Positions 46,184 to 55,567 of a stretch of 57,747 nucleotides of DNA are shown here, in pieces. The position numbers were made by a program, and so were the translations under genes. The stretch's first letter is position 1, and each line of letters begins with the position of its first letter. Source of the stretch: a virus (taxonomy: Duplodnaviria; Heunggongvirae; Uroviricota; Caudoviricetes); IMG/VR virus record IMGVR_UViG_2917393062_000003, positions 1-57,747 of that record, one strand, 5' to 3'. The notes below the pieces were generated by a model, which was given only the letters and a program-made list of their open reading frames with translations, had not been told where the DNA came from and made no database searches.

Positions 46184-46539
46184 TGGCAAAGATCGCCGGA
46201 ACCTGTTTTTTTAAAGTGGATGGTCAGCAGTTATCGCTGACAGGTGGCATTGAAGTGCCGATGAACACCAATGTCCGGGATGATGTCGTCGGCATGGCAG
46301 GGGATGTGGATTACAAGGAGACCTGGCGGTCACCTTACGTTAAGGGCACGTTTAAAGTGCCCAAAAATTTTCCGGTCGACAAAATTACCACCTCAGACCA
46401 GATGACGATTACCGCTGAGCTGGCAAACGGCATGGTGTATGTGCTTTCGGCGGCATGGCTGCACGGAGAGGCTAACCATAATGCCGAAGAAGGCACGGCA
46501 GATCTTGAATTCCACGGCGAAGAGGGAGGATATCAGTAA
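46183..46539 (+). CDS. tail tube protein
   Basis: 118 aa immediately after sheath. Confidence 0.75.
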   Translation: MAKIAGTCFFKVDGQQLSLTGGIEVPMNTNVRDDVVGMAGDVDYKETWRSPYVKGTFKVPKNFPVDKITTSDQMTITAELANGMVYVLSAAWLHGEANHNAEEGTADLEFHGEEGGYQ

Positions 46540-46868
46540 TGAGCGTGACAGAAATTGTTTTAAAAAAACCGGTGACAGCGCATAACGAAACGCTGTATGT
46601 GCTGGAGTTGCGTGAACCCACGTATGACGAAATCGAGGCGCTGGGTTTTCCTTTCATTATTTCCGGTGAGGGCAGTATTAAACTGGACAGCCAGGTGGCA
46701 CTGAAATATATCCCGCTGCTGGCGGGGATCCCGCGTTCATCGGCGGCGCAGATGGCAAAACTGGATATTTTTAAGACCAGCATGCAGATCCTGCGTTTTT
46801 TTACCCAGTCGGAGACGGGAAGCACCTCCGGAAACGACTCTACAATGTTGCCTGGTTCTGGAAACTGA
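46539..46868 (+). CDS. tail assembly chaperone (frame-0 product)
   Basis: 109 aa before tape measure; contains slippery site. Confidence 0.65.
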   Translation: MSVTEIVLKKPVTAHNETLYVLELREPTYDEIEALGFPFIISGEGSIKLDSQVALKYIPLLAGIPRSSAAQMAKLDIFKTSMQILRFFTQSETGSTSGNDSTMLPGSGN

Positions 46869-46960
46869 ATCCACTGGAGCTGCGACGGGTGGCTATTTCG
46901 CAGTTTACAGAACTGGAAGCCGAGGCCGTCCGCATTAACGAGGAGATGAAGCATGGCTGA
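46796..46960 (+). other. -1 programmed ribosomal frameshift site (T_TTT_TTT at 46796-46802) and -1 frame extension of the chaperone ending at 46960
   Basis: heptamer in correct X_XXY_YYZ phase; hairpin 7 nt downstream (46810-14/46826-30); -1 frame open from 46775 to 46960, overlapping TMP start. Confidence 0.55.
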
Positions 46961-48902
46961 CAGTTTTCAGCTGAAGGCGATCATCACTGCCGTGGATAAG
47001 GTATCGGCACCGCTGAAGGGGATGCAGCGCCAGCTGAAAGGCTTTAAAAAGGAGTTTGCCAGCCTGTCTCTGGGCGCAGCGGGTGCCGGAACCGCAGTAC
47101 TGGGGGCGCTGGCGCTCCCGGTCAAATCTGCCATTGCCCTTGAATCCAAAATGGCGGATGTCCGGAAAGTGGTGGATGGTCTGGATACGCCGGAAGCGTT
47201 TAAGGCAATGACGGAACAGGTGCGCGACCTGTCAACAGAACTGCCCATGTCGGCGGAAGGTATCGCCGAAATCGTGGCGGCGGGTGGTCAGGCTGGCATA
47301 GCCCGTGACGAGCTGATGCAGTTTACTGACGACGCCGTGAAGATGGGGGTGGCCTTTGACACCACGGCGGAAGAATCCGGTCAGATGATGGCACAGTGGC
47401 GCACTGCCTTTAAACTGACACAGGGAGAGGTGGCAGGACTTGCGGACAAGATTAACTATCTTGGTAATACCGGTCCTGCAAGTGCGAAAAAGATTTCTGA
47501 TATCGTGACCCGTATTGGCCCTTTAGGCGGTGTTGCGGGTGTGGCCTCCGGAGAAATTGCCGCAATGGGAGCAACTATTGCCGGAATGGGGGTGGAATCA
47601 GAAATTGCGGCGACGGGGATAAAGAATTTTATGCTGTCGCTGACAGCGGGGAATTCTGCCACCAAATCGCAGAAAAAAGCGCTTCGCCTGTTGCGCATTG
47701 ACCCGAAAAAACTGGCGGCGGATATGCAGAAAGACGCCCGTGGGGCCATGCTGCACGTACTGGATTCTCTGGCGAAAGTGCCGAAAGAAAAACAGGCTGC
47801 AGTGCTGAATGCGCTGTTCGGGAAGGAATCTCTGGGAGCCATCGCGCCGTTGCTCACGAATCTGGATTTGTTGCGAACCAATTTTAATCGTGTGGCGGAT
47901 GCGCAGCAGTATGGCGGCTCAATGCAGAAAGAATATGCCGCCCGTGCCGCGACGACGGAAAACCAGTTGTTGCTGCTGCAAAACCAGACAAAAGCGATTT
48001 CTTCCACGCTGGGGGAAACCTTCCTGCCTTCACTCAATGAAGGCATAAAAGAGATGAAACCTTTTCTGGAAGAAGTGCGCACGTTTGTCAGAGAAAATCC
48101 TGAGGTCGTAAAAACCATTGCTAAAACGGGGCTGGCACTGCTGACATTTGGTGTTGCCATTGGCTCGCTGTCGCGGATGGGAAAAATCCTTAGTGGTGTG
48201 ATGAATATGACGCCGGCAAAGGGGCTCATTACGTTACTGGTGGCAGGCGCGTATCTCATTATTGATAACTGGGATACTGTCGGACCGATTGTGAAAAAGG
48301 TCTGGCGGGAAGTTGATCAGGTTGTCAGGGCGATGGGGGGATGGGAACAGGCTGTAAAAACAATTGCAACTGTTTCTGCCCTGTATATTGGTGTGAAGGC
48401 GGTGGCAAGCATTCGTGCAGCAATAGCCGCTCAGAATCAATGGACAGCGGCGGCAGGTAAAACATCCCTGAAATTAAAGGGCCTCGGAAAGATCAGCCTC
48501 ATTGGGGGATTGCTTGAGCTCGGCATGATGGCGCAGGAGTTTGAAAAAGAACATCCCTGGCTTGTTAAAAATTTTGTGGCTGATGCACTGAACAGTGGAT
48601 TTGGTCTGAATGATAAGTTCGACGAGTGGGGCAAACAGTTCCATGATTTTGTCTATGACATGACCGGATGGCAGATGCCACGTGGTGATGGGTATTTATC
48701 TCCAGATAAACGCTACACCCCAAATGTATCACTGGAAAGGAATCAACTGTTAAGCCTTTCATCGTCACCGGCAACCCGCAGCGAACTTAAGGTGACGTTT
48801 GACAACGCGCCGCCGGGAATGCGTGTCATCGATTTGCCGAAAACAGGCGATCCCTTTATGAAAATCACCCATGACGTTGGGTATTCACCTTTCAGGCGTT
48901 AA
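46953..48902 (+). CDS. tail tape measure protein
   Basis: 649 aa, Ala/Gly-rich with hydrophobic segments. Confidence 0.8.
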   Translation: MADSFQLKAIITAVDKVSAPLKGMQRQLKGFKKEFASLSLGAAGAGTAVLGALALPVKSAIALESKMADVRKVVDGLDTPEAFKAMTEQVRDLSTELPMSAEGIAEIVAAGGQAGIARDELMQFTDDAVKMGVAFDTTAEESGQMMAQWRTAFKLTQGEVAGLADKINYLGNTGPASAKKISDIVTRIGPLGGVAGVASGEIAAMGATIAGMGVESEIAATGIKNFMLSLTAGNSATKSQKKALRLLRIDPKKLAADMQKDARGAMLHVLDSLAKVPKEKQAAVLNALFGKESLGAIAPLLTNLDLLRTNFNRVADAQQYGGSMQKEYAARAATTENQLLLLQNQTKAISSTLGETFLPSLNEGIKEMKPFLEEVRTFVRENPEVVKTIAKTGLALLTFGVAIGSLSRMGKILSGVMNMTPAKGLITLLVAGAYLIIDNWDTVGPIVKKVWREVDQVVRAMGGWEQAVKTIATVSALYIGVKAVASIRAAIAAQNQWTAAAGKTSLKLKGLGKISLIGGLLELGMMAQEFEKEHPWLVKNFVADALNSGFGLNDKFDEWGKQFHDFVYDMTGWQMPRGDGYLSPDKRYTPNVSLERNQLLSLSSSPATRSELKVTFDNAPPGMRVIDLPKTGDPFMKITHDVGYSPFRR

Positions 48903-48917
48903 TAATGAGGTATCAGA

Positions 48918-50309
48918 ATGGATTTCCCTTCCTTACCTTCTTTGCCCTCTTTGTTTTCTTCATCTTCCGGAACGACCTGGCGCGATAATCTTTACGACGC
49001 GTCATTTCGTGGCGTTCCGTTTTCGGTGGAAAGCGACGAGGGTTCGTTCGGACGCCGCGTTCAGGTCCATGAATACCCAAACCGTGATAAACCGTACACG
49101 GAGGATCTCGGGCGTGCCACGCGACGGCTGACGATTAATGCGTATCTCGTTGGTGATGATTACGCAGAGCAGCGCGATCGGCTGATTACAGCGATTGAAA
49201 CCGCCGGGCCGGGGACGCTGATCCATCCGCAGTTCGGTGAAATGCAGGGCTGTATTGACGGACAGGTGACCGTTTCTCACTCCAACACTGAAGGCCGTAT
49301 GTGCCGGGTTTCATTTCAGTTTGTTGAAAGCGGGGAACTGTCATTTCCGGTCGCCGGAGCCGCAACCGCCAGAAAACTGGAAGAGTCGTCCGGCTTCCTG
49401 GATGAACTGATTGAAGACATGTTCGGCGATTTTGATCTCGCGGGAATACCGGACTTTATTCAGAACGATGTTATTGCCCGGGCAACCGATATGCTGGGAA
49501 CCGTTCAGACAGCTTTCAAAATGGTTAATTCGGCTGTTTCTGCCGGAATGAGGCTGATGCAGGGCGATTTATCCGTCATTCTGATGCCGCCGTCGGTTGC
49601 CAGTGATTTTGTGCATATGTTGCAGGATACCTGGCGGGCAGGAACCAGACTGGCGGATAACACACAGGATCTGGTGCAGTCCATAACAACAATGTCCGGT
49701 ATTACGCTGGATCCAGGATTGGCACCGCGTGCGGTGTGGCCCACAGATTCCGCATCGGTTGTCAGGCAAAAACAGCAGACAAATCTGGTGGCTGCAGTCA
49801 TCCGGACGACGGCAATCAGCGAGGCTGCAAGGGCGGTCACTGCGCTGCCGCAACCCGGAAGTCTGGTGAAAAATCAGCAGGCAGTTGTGGCTGTTGGCGG
49901 CTCTGCTGAGCGTCAGTCTGATATTATTCATGTTTCACATCCGGCACTTGATAGTGTGGCTGCCAGTACAGAGCAGAATGAGACAGCACAACCACCCACG
50001 CGGGAAAATCTCACCATCATACGCGAATCGCTGAACGCGGCGATTGAGCAGGAGCTCAGGCGCACGGCGGATGACAGGCTGTTTTTTCAGCTGACGTCAT
50101 TACGTACAGAACTGAACCGGGATATTCAGGCGCGACTGGTTCAGACGGAGGAAACCGCAGAGCGAACACCAGCGGAAGTTCTGCCTGCGCTTGTTCTGGC
50201 TGCGTCATGGTACGACGATGCGTCCCGTGAAACTGATATCCTGGATCGAAATGCCATCTCCCATCCGGGCTTTGTTCCGGTCAGGGCATTAAGGGTACCC
50301 GTCAGATGA
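48918..50309 (+). CDS. DNA circulation protein (Mu gpN-like)
   Basis: 463 aa following TMP. Confidence 0.65.
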   Translation: MDFPSLPSLPSLFSSSSGTTWRDNLYDASFRGVPFSVESDEGSFGRRVQVHEYPNRDKPYTEDLGRATRRLTINAYLVGDDYAEQRDRLITAIETAGPGTLIHPQFGEMQGCIDGQVTVSHSNTEGRMCRVSFQFVESGELSFPVAGAATARKLEESSGFLDELIEDMFGDFDLAGIPDFIQNDVIARATDMLGTVQTAFKMVNSAVSAGMRLMQGDLSVILMPPSVASDFVHMLQDTWRAGTRLADNTQDLVQSITTMSGITLDPGLAPRAVWPTDSASVVRQKQQTNLVAAVIRTTAISEAARAVTALPQPGSLVKNQQAVVAVGGSAERQSDIIHVSHPALDSVAASTEQNETAQPPTRENLTIIRESLNAAIEQELRRTADDRLFFQLTSLRTELNRDIQARLVQTEETAERTPAEVLPALVLAASWYDDASRETDILDRNAISHPGFVPVRALRVPVR

Positions 50310-51361
50310 ATAATACCGTTTTACTTCGGGTTTCCGGTCGCGAATGGGGCGGCTGGACATCCGTCCGTATCAGTGCGGGCATTAACCGTATTGCCCGGGA
50401 TTTTAATGTTGCCATCACCACCCGCTGGCCCGGCAGCCGGGATTATCAACCCCGGATAAAAAATGGTGACCTGGTTGAAGTGCTTATTGGTGATGATCCC
50501 GTGCTTAACGGATATGTGGAGGCGCTACCGCTTCGTTATGACGCCAGCAGTGTCAGCATGGGGATTGTCGGGCGAAGCAAAACAGCCGATCTGGTTGACT
50601 GTTCTGCTTTGCCACTCCAGCAGAGCGGAAAAAACCTGCTCAGAATAGTCAGTGAACTGGCTGCACCATTTGGCATCACCGTTGTTGATGCTGGCGTGCC
50701 GCAGACAGCGGTGATTGATGCCCAGCCGGAACACGGCGAAACCGTTGCTGATTGTCTTAACCGGTTGCTGGGGCAGGTTCAGACCCTGGCTTATGACGAT
50801 GAATGCGGGCGACTGGTCCTGGGGAAACCCGGAGCAGGCAAAGCGGCGACAGCACTGGTGCTGGGAGAGAATATTCTTTCCTGTGACACGGAAAGAAGCA
50901 TCAGAGAGCGGTTTTCTGAATATCAGGTCAGTGGGCAGCGCCCGGGCAACGACGATGATTTTGGTGAGGCCACCATTGCCGCAATACGTCAGACCATTCA
51001 GGACAGTGGCGTGACCCGTTATCGCCCTTTGTTGATTCAGCAGTCAGGTACAGCAACGACAGCAACCTGTAAGGCCCGTTGTGAATTTGAAGCGCGCCAA
51101 CGGGCTGCGCTTACCCGTGAGACAACATATACGGTTCAGGGCTGGCGACAGGGCAATGGCGCGTTATGGCGTCCGGGATTATCTGTCATCGTTTTCGATC
51201 CGCTGAATAATTTTGATAATGATGAACTGGTGATCGCAGAAGTTACCTATAACCATGACGACCGGGGCACAACGACTGAATTACGGGTTGGCCCGGCAGA
51301 TGCTTATCTCCCCGAGCCTGTTACCACCAGAAAGAAAAAAAATGTTGAGGAGGATTTCTGA
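50306..51361 (+). CDS. Mu gpP-like tail/baseplate hub protein
   Basis: 351 aa; Mu-like order. Confidence 0.6.
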   Translation: MNNTVLLRVSGREWGGWTSVRISAGINRIARDFNVAITTRWPGSRDYQPRIKNGDLVEVLIGDDPVLNGYVEALPLRYDASSVSMGIVGRSKTADLVDCSALPLQQSGKNLLRIVSELAAPFGITVVDAGVPQTAVIDAQPEHGETVADCLNRLLGQVQTLAYDDECGRLVLGKPGAGKAATALVLGENILSCDTERSIRERFSEYQVSGQRPGNDDDFGEATIAAIRQTIQDSGVTRYRPLLIQQSGTATTATCKARCEFEARQRAALTRETTYTVQGWRQGNGALWRPGLSVIVFDPLNNFDNDELVIAEVTYNHDDRGTTTELRVGPADAYLPEPVTTRKKKNVEEDF

Positions 51362-51894
51362 TGAACGGCTTTTCTCTTCGCAATCTGATTTCCCGGGCTG
51401 TCATCACGGCGGTGGATTCCGCCAGAAAGTGTCAGTCTGTAGGGTTGAAAATGATAGCCGGAGATCAGAAACAACACGTTGAGCATCTTGAACCTTATGG
51501 TTTTACATCTGCCGCACAGAACGGTGCTGAGGGCGTTGCTTTATTCCCGGCGGGCGATCGTTCTCATGGCGTAGTTGTGGTCGTGGCTGACAGGCGTTAC
51601 CGGTTGAAAGGACTGAAACGTGGGGAAGTGGCGCTTTATGACGATCAGGGGCAGTCGGTTATCCTGACCCGTTCCGGTATTGTGGTGAACGGGGGCGGGA
51701 AGCCTATTATTTTTAAAAACGCGCCTAAAGCACGCTTTGAAATGCCTGTCGAATCCACCGCCGATATTACTGACAATTGCGACAGTGGCGGACTCAGCAT
51801 GCAGCAAATGCGGCAGACCTACAATGCCCACAAACACACCGAAAATGGTGATGGTGGCGGGATCACTGACGCGCCGGATCAACCGATGGGCTGA
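51361..51894 (+). CDS. baseplate assembly protein V / spike (Mu gp45-like)
   Basis: 177 aa. Confidence 0.6.
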   Translation: MNGFSLRNLISRAVITAVDSARKCQSVGLKMIAGDQKQHVEHLEPYGFTSAAQNGAEGVALFPAGDRSHGVVVVVADRRYRLKGLKRGEVALYDDQGQSVILTRSGIVVNGGGKPIIFKNAPKARFEMPVESTADITDNCDSGGLSMQQMRQTYNAHKHTENGDGGGITDAPDQPMG

Positions 51895-51899
51895 AAATC

Positions 51900-52313
51900 A
51901 TGATGATTAATGTTAACGGGCGACACGTGTCGACCGGGGCTTCGATCGACCTTCTGACGCGTGCTGTGATTATTTCGCTTTTTACCTGGCGGCGTGCCGG
52001 GCGGGATGATGATGCACCGCAGATATTTGGCTGGTGGGGGGATACCTGGCCTGCGGTTCAGAATGATCGCACGGGGTCACGTCTGTATCTGTTGCGACGC
52101 AGCAAGCTGACAAATAAAACCCCGCAGCTTGCCAGAGATTATGCCCGTGAGGCGCTGGCGTGGATGGTGGAAGATGGGGTCGCCGCCCGTCTTGATATTA
52201 ACGCCGTCCGGACCGGGACAGACTCGCTGGCACTTGCCATTACCATTTACCAGCGTGACGGCAATATTCACAACATTATTTTTGATGATATCTGGAGTGA
52301 ACTGAATGGCTGA
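51900..52313 (+). CDS. GP46-family baseplate protein
   Basis: 137 aa; position in Mu-like baseplate module. Confidence 0.55.
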   Translation: MMINVNGRHVSTGASIDLLTRAVIISLFTWRRAGRDDDAPQIFGWWGDTWPAVQNDRTGSRLYLLRRSKLTNKTPQLARDYAREALAWMVEDGVAARLDINAVRTGTDSLALAITIYQRDGNIHNIIFDDIWSELNG

Positions 52314-53388
52314 CAGTCAGTTTTATCGCCCCGGCCTCCCGCAACTTATTTCTATGATCCGGAGCGATTTATTAACCCGCTTTGAACAGGATACGCTGCT
52401 TCGTCGTATGGATGCGGAAGTGTATGCCCGTGTGCAGGCCGCAGCCGTGCACACGTTGTACGGGTATATCGATTATCTTGCCAGAAATCTGTTGCCGGAC
52501 ATGTGTGATGAAGACTGGCTGTACCGGCACGCCAGAATCAAACGCTGCCCGCGAAAAGATGCCGTGGCAGCCCGGGGATTTGTGCGCTGGGATGGCGTTG
52601 AAGGGACACCGGTATTGCCAGCGGGAACGCAGATCCAGCGTGACGATCAGGTGACCTTCACCACGACGGCGACGGTGACCGCAGTCGATGGTCTTCTCCG
52701 GGTGCCTGTTGTGGCAGACGAACCGGGTTTGGCGGGGAATACAGATGACGGTATTGCCATGCAACTGGGGACCCCCGTCAGTGGTCTGCCGTCCACAGGG
52801 TACGCAGACACCATTACAGACGGTGAAGATATTGAAAATCTGGAAATATGGCGTGCCCGCGTTATGGAACGTTATTACTACATTCCACAGGGAGGCGCAG
52901 ATCCAGATTATGTTATCTGGGCGAAAGAAGTTCAGGGTATTAATCGTGCATGGACCTTCAGGCACTGGAAAGGTATTGGAACGGTTGGGGTGATGGTGGC
53001 GACGAACGATCCGGAACATCCGGCCCCGGATGAAAGCGTCATTAACGCAGTCAGGGAGCATATTCTTCCCCTGGCACCTGTTGCCGGAAGCGGATTGTAT
53101 GTATTCGGTGCAACAGAGAAAGTCATCCCGATGACGATTGCGTTATCGAAAGACACACCGCAGATCAGGACTGCAATAAAAGCAGAACTGAATGCGCTGA
53201 TGTTCCGGGATGGTGTACCGGAAGGGCGCATGTATCTGTCCAGAATCAGCGAGGCCATCAGTTTATCTGCAGGCGAGGTGGCCCACCGGTTAATCGCCCC
53301 TTCATCGGATATTGATCTTGGGGAAACCGAACTTCCGGTACTCGGGGAGATCACATGGCAGGCTTATGACCCGGTAAGGAGTAAATAA
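52306..53388 (+). CDS. baseplate J-like protein (Mu gp47-like)
   Basis: 360 aa. Confidence 0.65.
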   Translation: MADSQFYRPGLPQLISMIRSDLLTRFEQDTLLRRMDAEVYARVQAAAVHTLYGYIDYLARNLLPDMCDEDWLYRHARIKRCPRKDAVAARGFVRWDGVEGTPVLPAGTQIQRDDQVTFTTTATVTAVDGLLRVPVVADEPGLAGNTDDGIAMQLGTPVSGLPSTGYADTITDGEDIENLEIWRARVMERYYYIPQGGADPDYVIWAKEVQGINRAWTFRHWKGIGTVGVMVATNDPEHPAPDESVINAVREHILPLAPVAGSGLYVFGATEKVIPMTIALSKDTPQIRTAIKAELNALMFRDGVPEGRMYLSRISEAISLSAGEVAHRLIAPSSDIDLGETELPVLGEITWQAYDPVRSK

Positions 53389-53978
53389 TGGATTCGTTAC
53401 AGGATGATTATACAAAATTGTTGTATGGCCTGATGCCGCCGGGACCTGCATGGTCAGATACCGACGGTGTACTTGACGGTCTGGCGCCGTCGCTTGTGCG
53501 TGTACATCAGCGGGCTGATGAACTGGTGATTGAAATCGATCCCGGTCAGTCAACAGAGCTGATTGAGCGTTATGAAGAATTGTATGGTTTACCTGATTCC
53601 TGCTCCCCTGTCGGGACTCAGACATTACGCCAGCGCCAGCAACGGCTGGAAGCAAAAGCTAATGTGGCTGGTGGCATAAATGAGCAGTTCTTCCTGGATC
53701 AGCTTGAGGCACTGGGATATACCGACGTGAAGATCGAACAATTCCAGCACCTGGATGCAAGCCCCGATCCGGAATGGGGAGATCGCTGGCGTTATTTCTG
53801 GCGCGTGACGTTGCCGGTGGATGCCGGTGCTCAGTGGCAGACATGCACGGATGCCTGCAACACACCGATCCGGACGTGGGGCGATACGGTTGCGGAGTGC
53901 GTGATTAATAAATTATGTCCGTCGCATACCGTCGTTTTATTTTCCTATCCAGATGAGGATGAAGATGCACAGGATTGA
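53388..53978 (+). CDS. tail protein, Mu gp48/YmfQ-like (DUF2313-type)
   Basis: 196 aa; N-terminal MDSLQDDYTKLLYGLMPPGPAW. Confidence 0.55.
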   Translation: MDSLQDDYTKLLYGLMPPGPAWSDTDGVLDGLAPSLVRVHQRADELVIEIDPGQSTELIERYEELYGLPDSCSPVGTQTLRQRQQRLEAKANVAGGINEQFFLDQLEALGYTDVKIEQFQHLDASPDPEWGDRWRYFWRVTLPVDAGAQWQTCTDACNTPIRTWGDTVAECVINKLCPSHTVVLFSYPDEDEDAQD

Positions 53979-55086
53979 TACGCTGACAGCGGTAAAAGAT
54001 AAGTTTGGTCCGGGCAAGAACGGATTTACTGACGGAAATCTTCGCACAGGACGTCTTGCCACCTGGCTGAACAGTGCCATGTGGGATGCCATTCAGGAGG
54101 AAATCTGTGGTGTCATTGAGAAGGCAGGGATAGAACTGAATAAAGAAGAACACGATCAGCTCTATAAAGCCATATTATTACTGGTGGGCGGTGCAATTAA
54201 CGAAGAGGCATTGCTGATCAAAAATAATCTTTCGGATGTGAAAAACAAGAATAAGGCTGTTGAAAACCTCGGATTAAAACCCACGGTCGAAAAGGCAAAA
54301 AATGCCGTTCAGCGCGATGGTGACACCATGAGTGGTGATTTGACGTTTGAAAATGACGCAATACTTGCGTGGATTCGAAATACAGATTGGGCAAAGATTG
54401 GGTTTAAAAATGATTCGGATTCAGACACCGATTCATATCTGTGGTTTGAAGCGGGAGATAATGGAAACGAATATTTCAAGTGGCGGAGTAAGTATGGAAC
54501 TACAACCACGGACCTGATGAATCTCAAGTGGGATGCGCTGTATGTTCTTGTTAAAGCCCTTTTCAGTAGTGAAGTAAAAATATCTACACTCAATGCACTG
54601 AGGATATTTAATTCATCTTTTGGCGCCATTTTTCGCCGTTCTGAAGACAGCCTGCATATCATTCCCACACGAGAAAACGAAGGGGAAAATGGTGATATTG
54701 GGCCGCTACGACCATTTTCGATTGACCTCAGAACTGGTCGCATAACTATGGGGCATGGATTAAATGTTGGTGGACAAGTGGTTCCGACAGACTACAGCAA
54801 TTTCGATGCTCGTTATCAGCAGATAAGAAACACCGCATCAAAAGCAGCAAATGGCTGGTTTAAGGATGAGGCCACGGGCGTCATTATGCAATGGGGGTAT
54901 CTGTCAAACGCCTCATCCGGCCTGACTTTTCCGATAGCGTTTCCGTCAGCATGCGCCAGCATTACCATAACTAACGCACACACACGTGCAAATTACAGTA
55001 TTGCGTTGAACTCGCTGTCAAATACAGGTGCAACGTTTTACAGCGAAAACAACGGGCATATGTATTGGACAGCGGTGGGATATTAA
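53965..55086 (+). CDS. tail fiber protein (first fiber)
   Basis: about 373 aa from MHRIDTLTAV after baseplate genes. Confidence 0.65.
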   Translation: MHRIDTLTAVKDKFGPGKNGFTDGNLRTGRLATWLNSAMWDAIQEEICGVIEKAGIELNKEEHDQLYKAILLLVGGAINEEALLIKNNLSDVKNKNKAVENLGLKPTVEKAKNAVQRDGDTMSGDLTFENDAILAWIRNTDWAKIGFKNDSDSDTDSYLWFEAGDNGNEYFKWRSKYGTTTTDLMNLKWDALYVLVKALFSSEVKISTLNALRIFNSSFGAIFRRSEDSLHIIPTRENEGENGDIGPLRPFSIDLRTGRITMGHGLNVGGQVVPTDYSNFDARYQQIRNTASKAANGWFKDEATGVIMQWGYLSNASSGLTFPIAFPSACASITITNAHTRANYSIALNSLSNTGATFYSENNGHMYWTAVGY

Positions 55087-55088
55087 TA

Positions 55089-55520
55089 ATGGCGATTTAT
55101 TTCAGTCCATCAACAAACGGTTTTTATAATTCTGACCTTCAGGGCGATTATGAAAACGCTGGAGCGTGGCCGGATGATTTAAAAGAAATTGCTGATGCCG
55201 ATTATCTGAATTTGCTGGATGGTCAGGCCTCCGGGCTTATTATTCTGTCAGATGAAGACGGATATCCGGTATTAAAAGAACCCGTAATTAACTGGCAGCA
55301 GAAAGCAGAAATGCAACGCCAATGTCTGCTGGCTGAAGCAAAGGACGTCATCTCCGACTGGAAAACCGAGCTAGAGCTGGGAATCATCAGCGATGTAGAT
55401 AAAGCCCGTCTGACACAATGGATGGCATATATCAAATCACTGAAGGCACTGGATTTAAGCAAGGTCAGTGATGAGCCATCCTTTGATTTAATTCCGTGGA
55501 CGGAAAAACCAGTCATGTAA
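55089..55520 (+). CDS. tail fiber assembly protein (first)
   Basis: start MAIYFSPSTNGFYNS with SD GGTGGG. Confidence 0.65.
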   Translation: MAIYFSPSTNGFYNSDLQGDYENAGAWPDDLKEIADADYLNLLDGQASGLIILSDEDGYPVLKEPVINWQQKAEMQRQCLLAEAKDVISDWKTELELGIISDVDKARLTQWMAYIKSLKALDLSKVSDEPSFDLIPWTEKPVM

Positions 55521-55567
55521 AACAATAACGGTCGCTTCCAGGAGACCGTTTTCAGTTCAGAGGCTCT

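Noticed and set aside
47456-48259. 267-aa minus-strand ORF within the tape measure gene
   Set aside because: Antisense shadow ORF of an Ala-rich gene; no RBS and no independent support.
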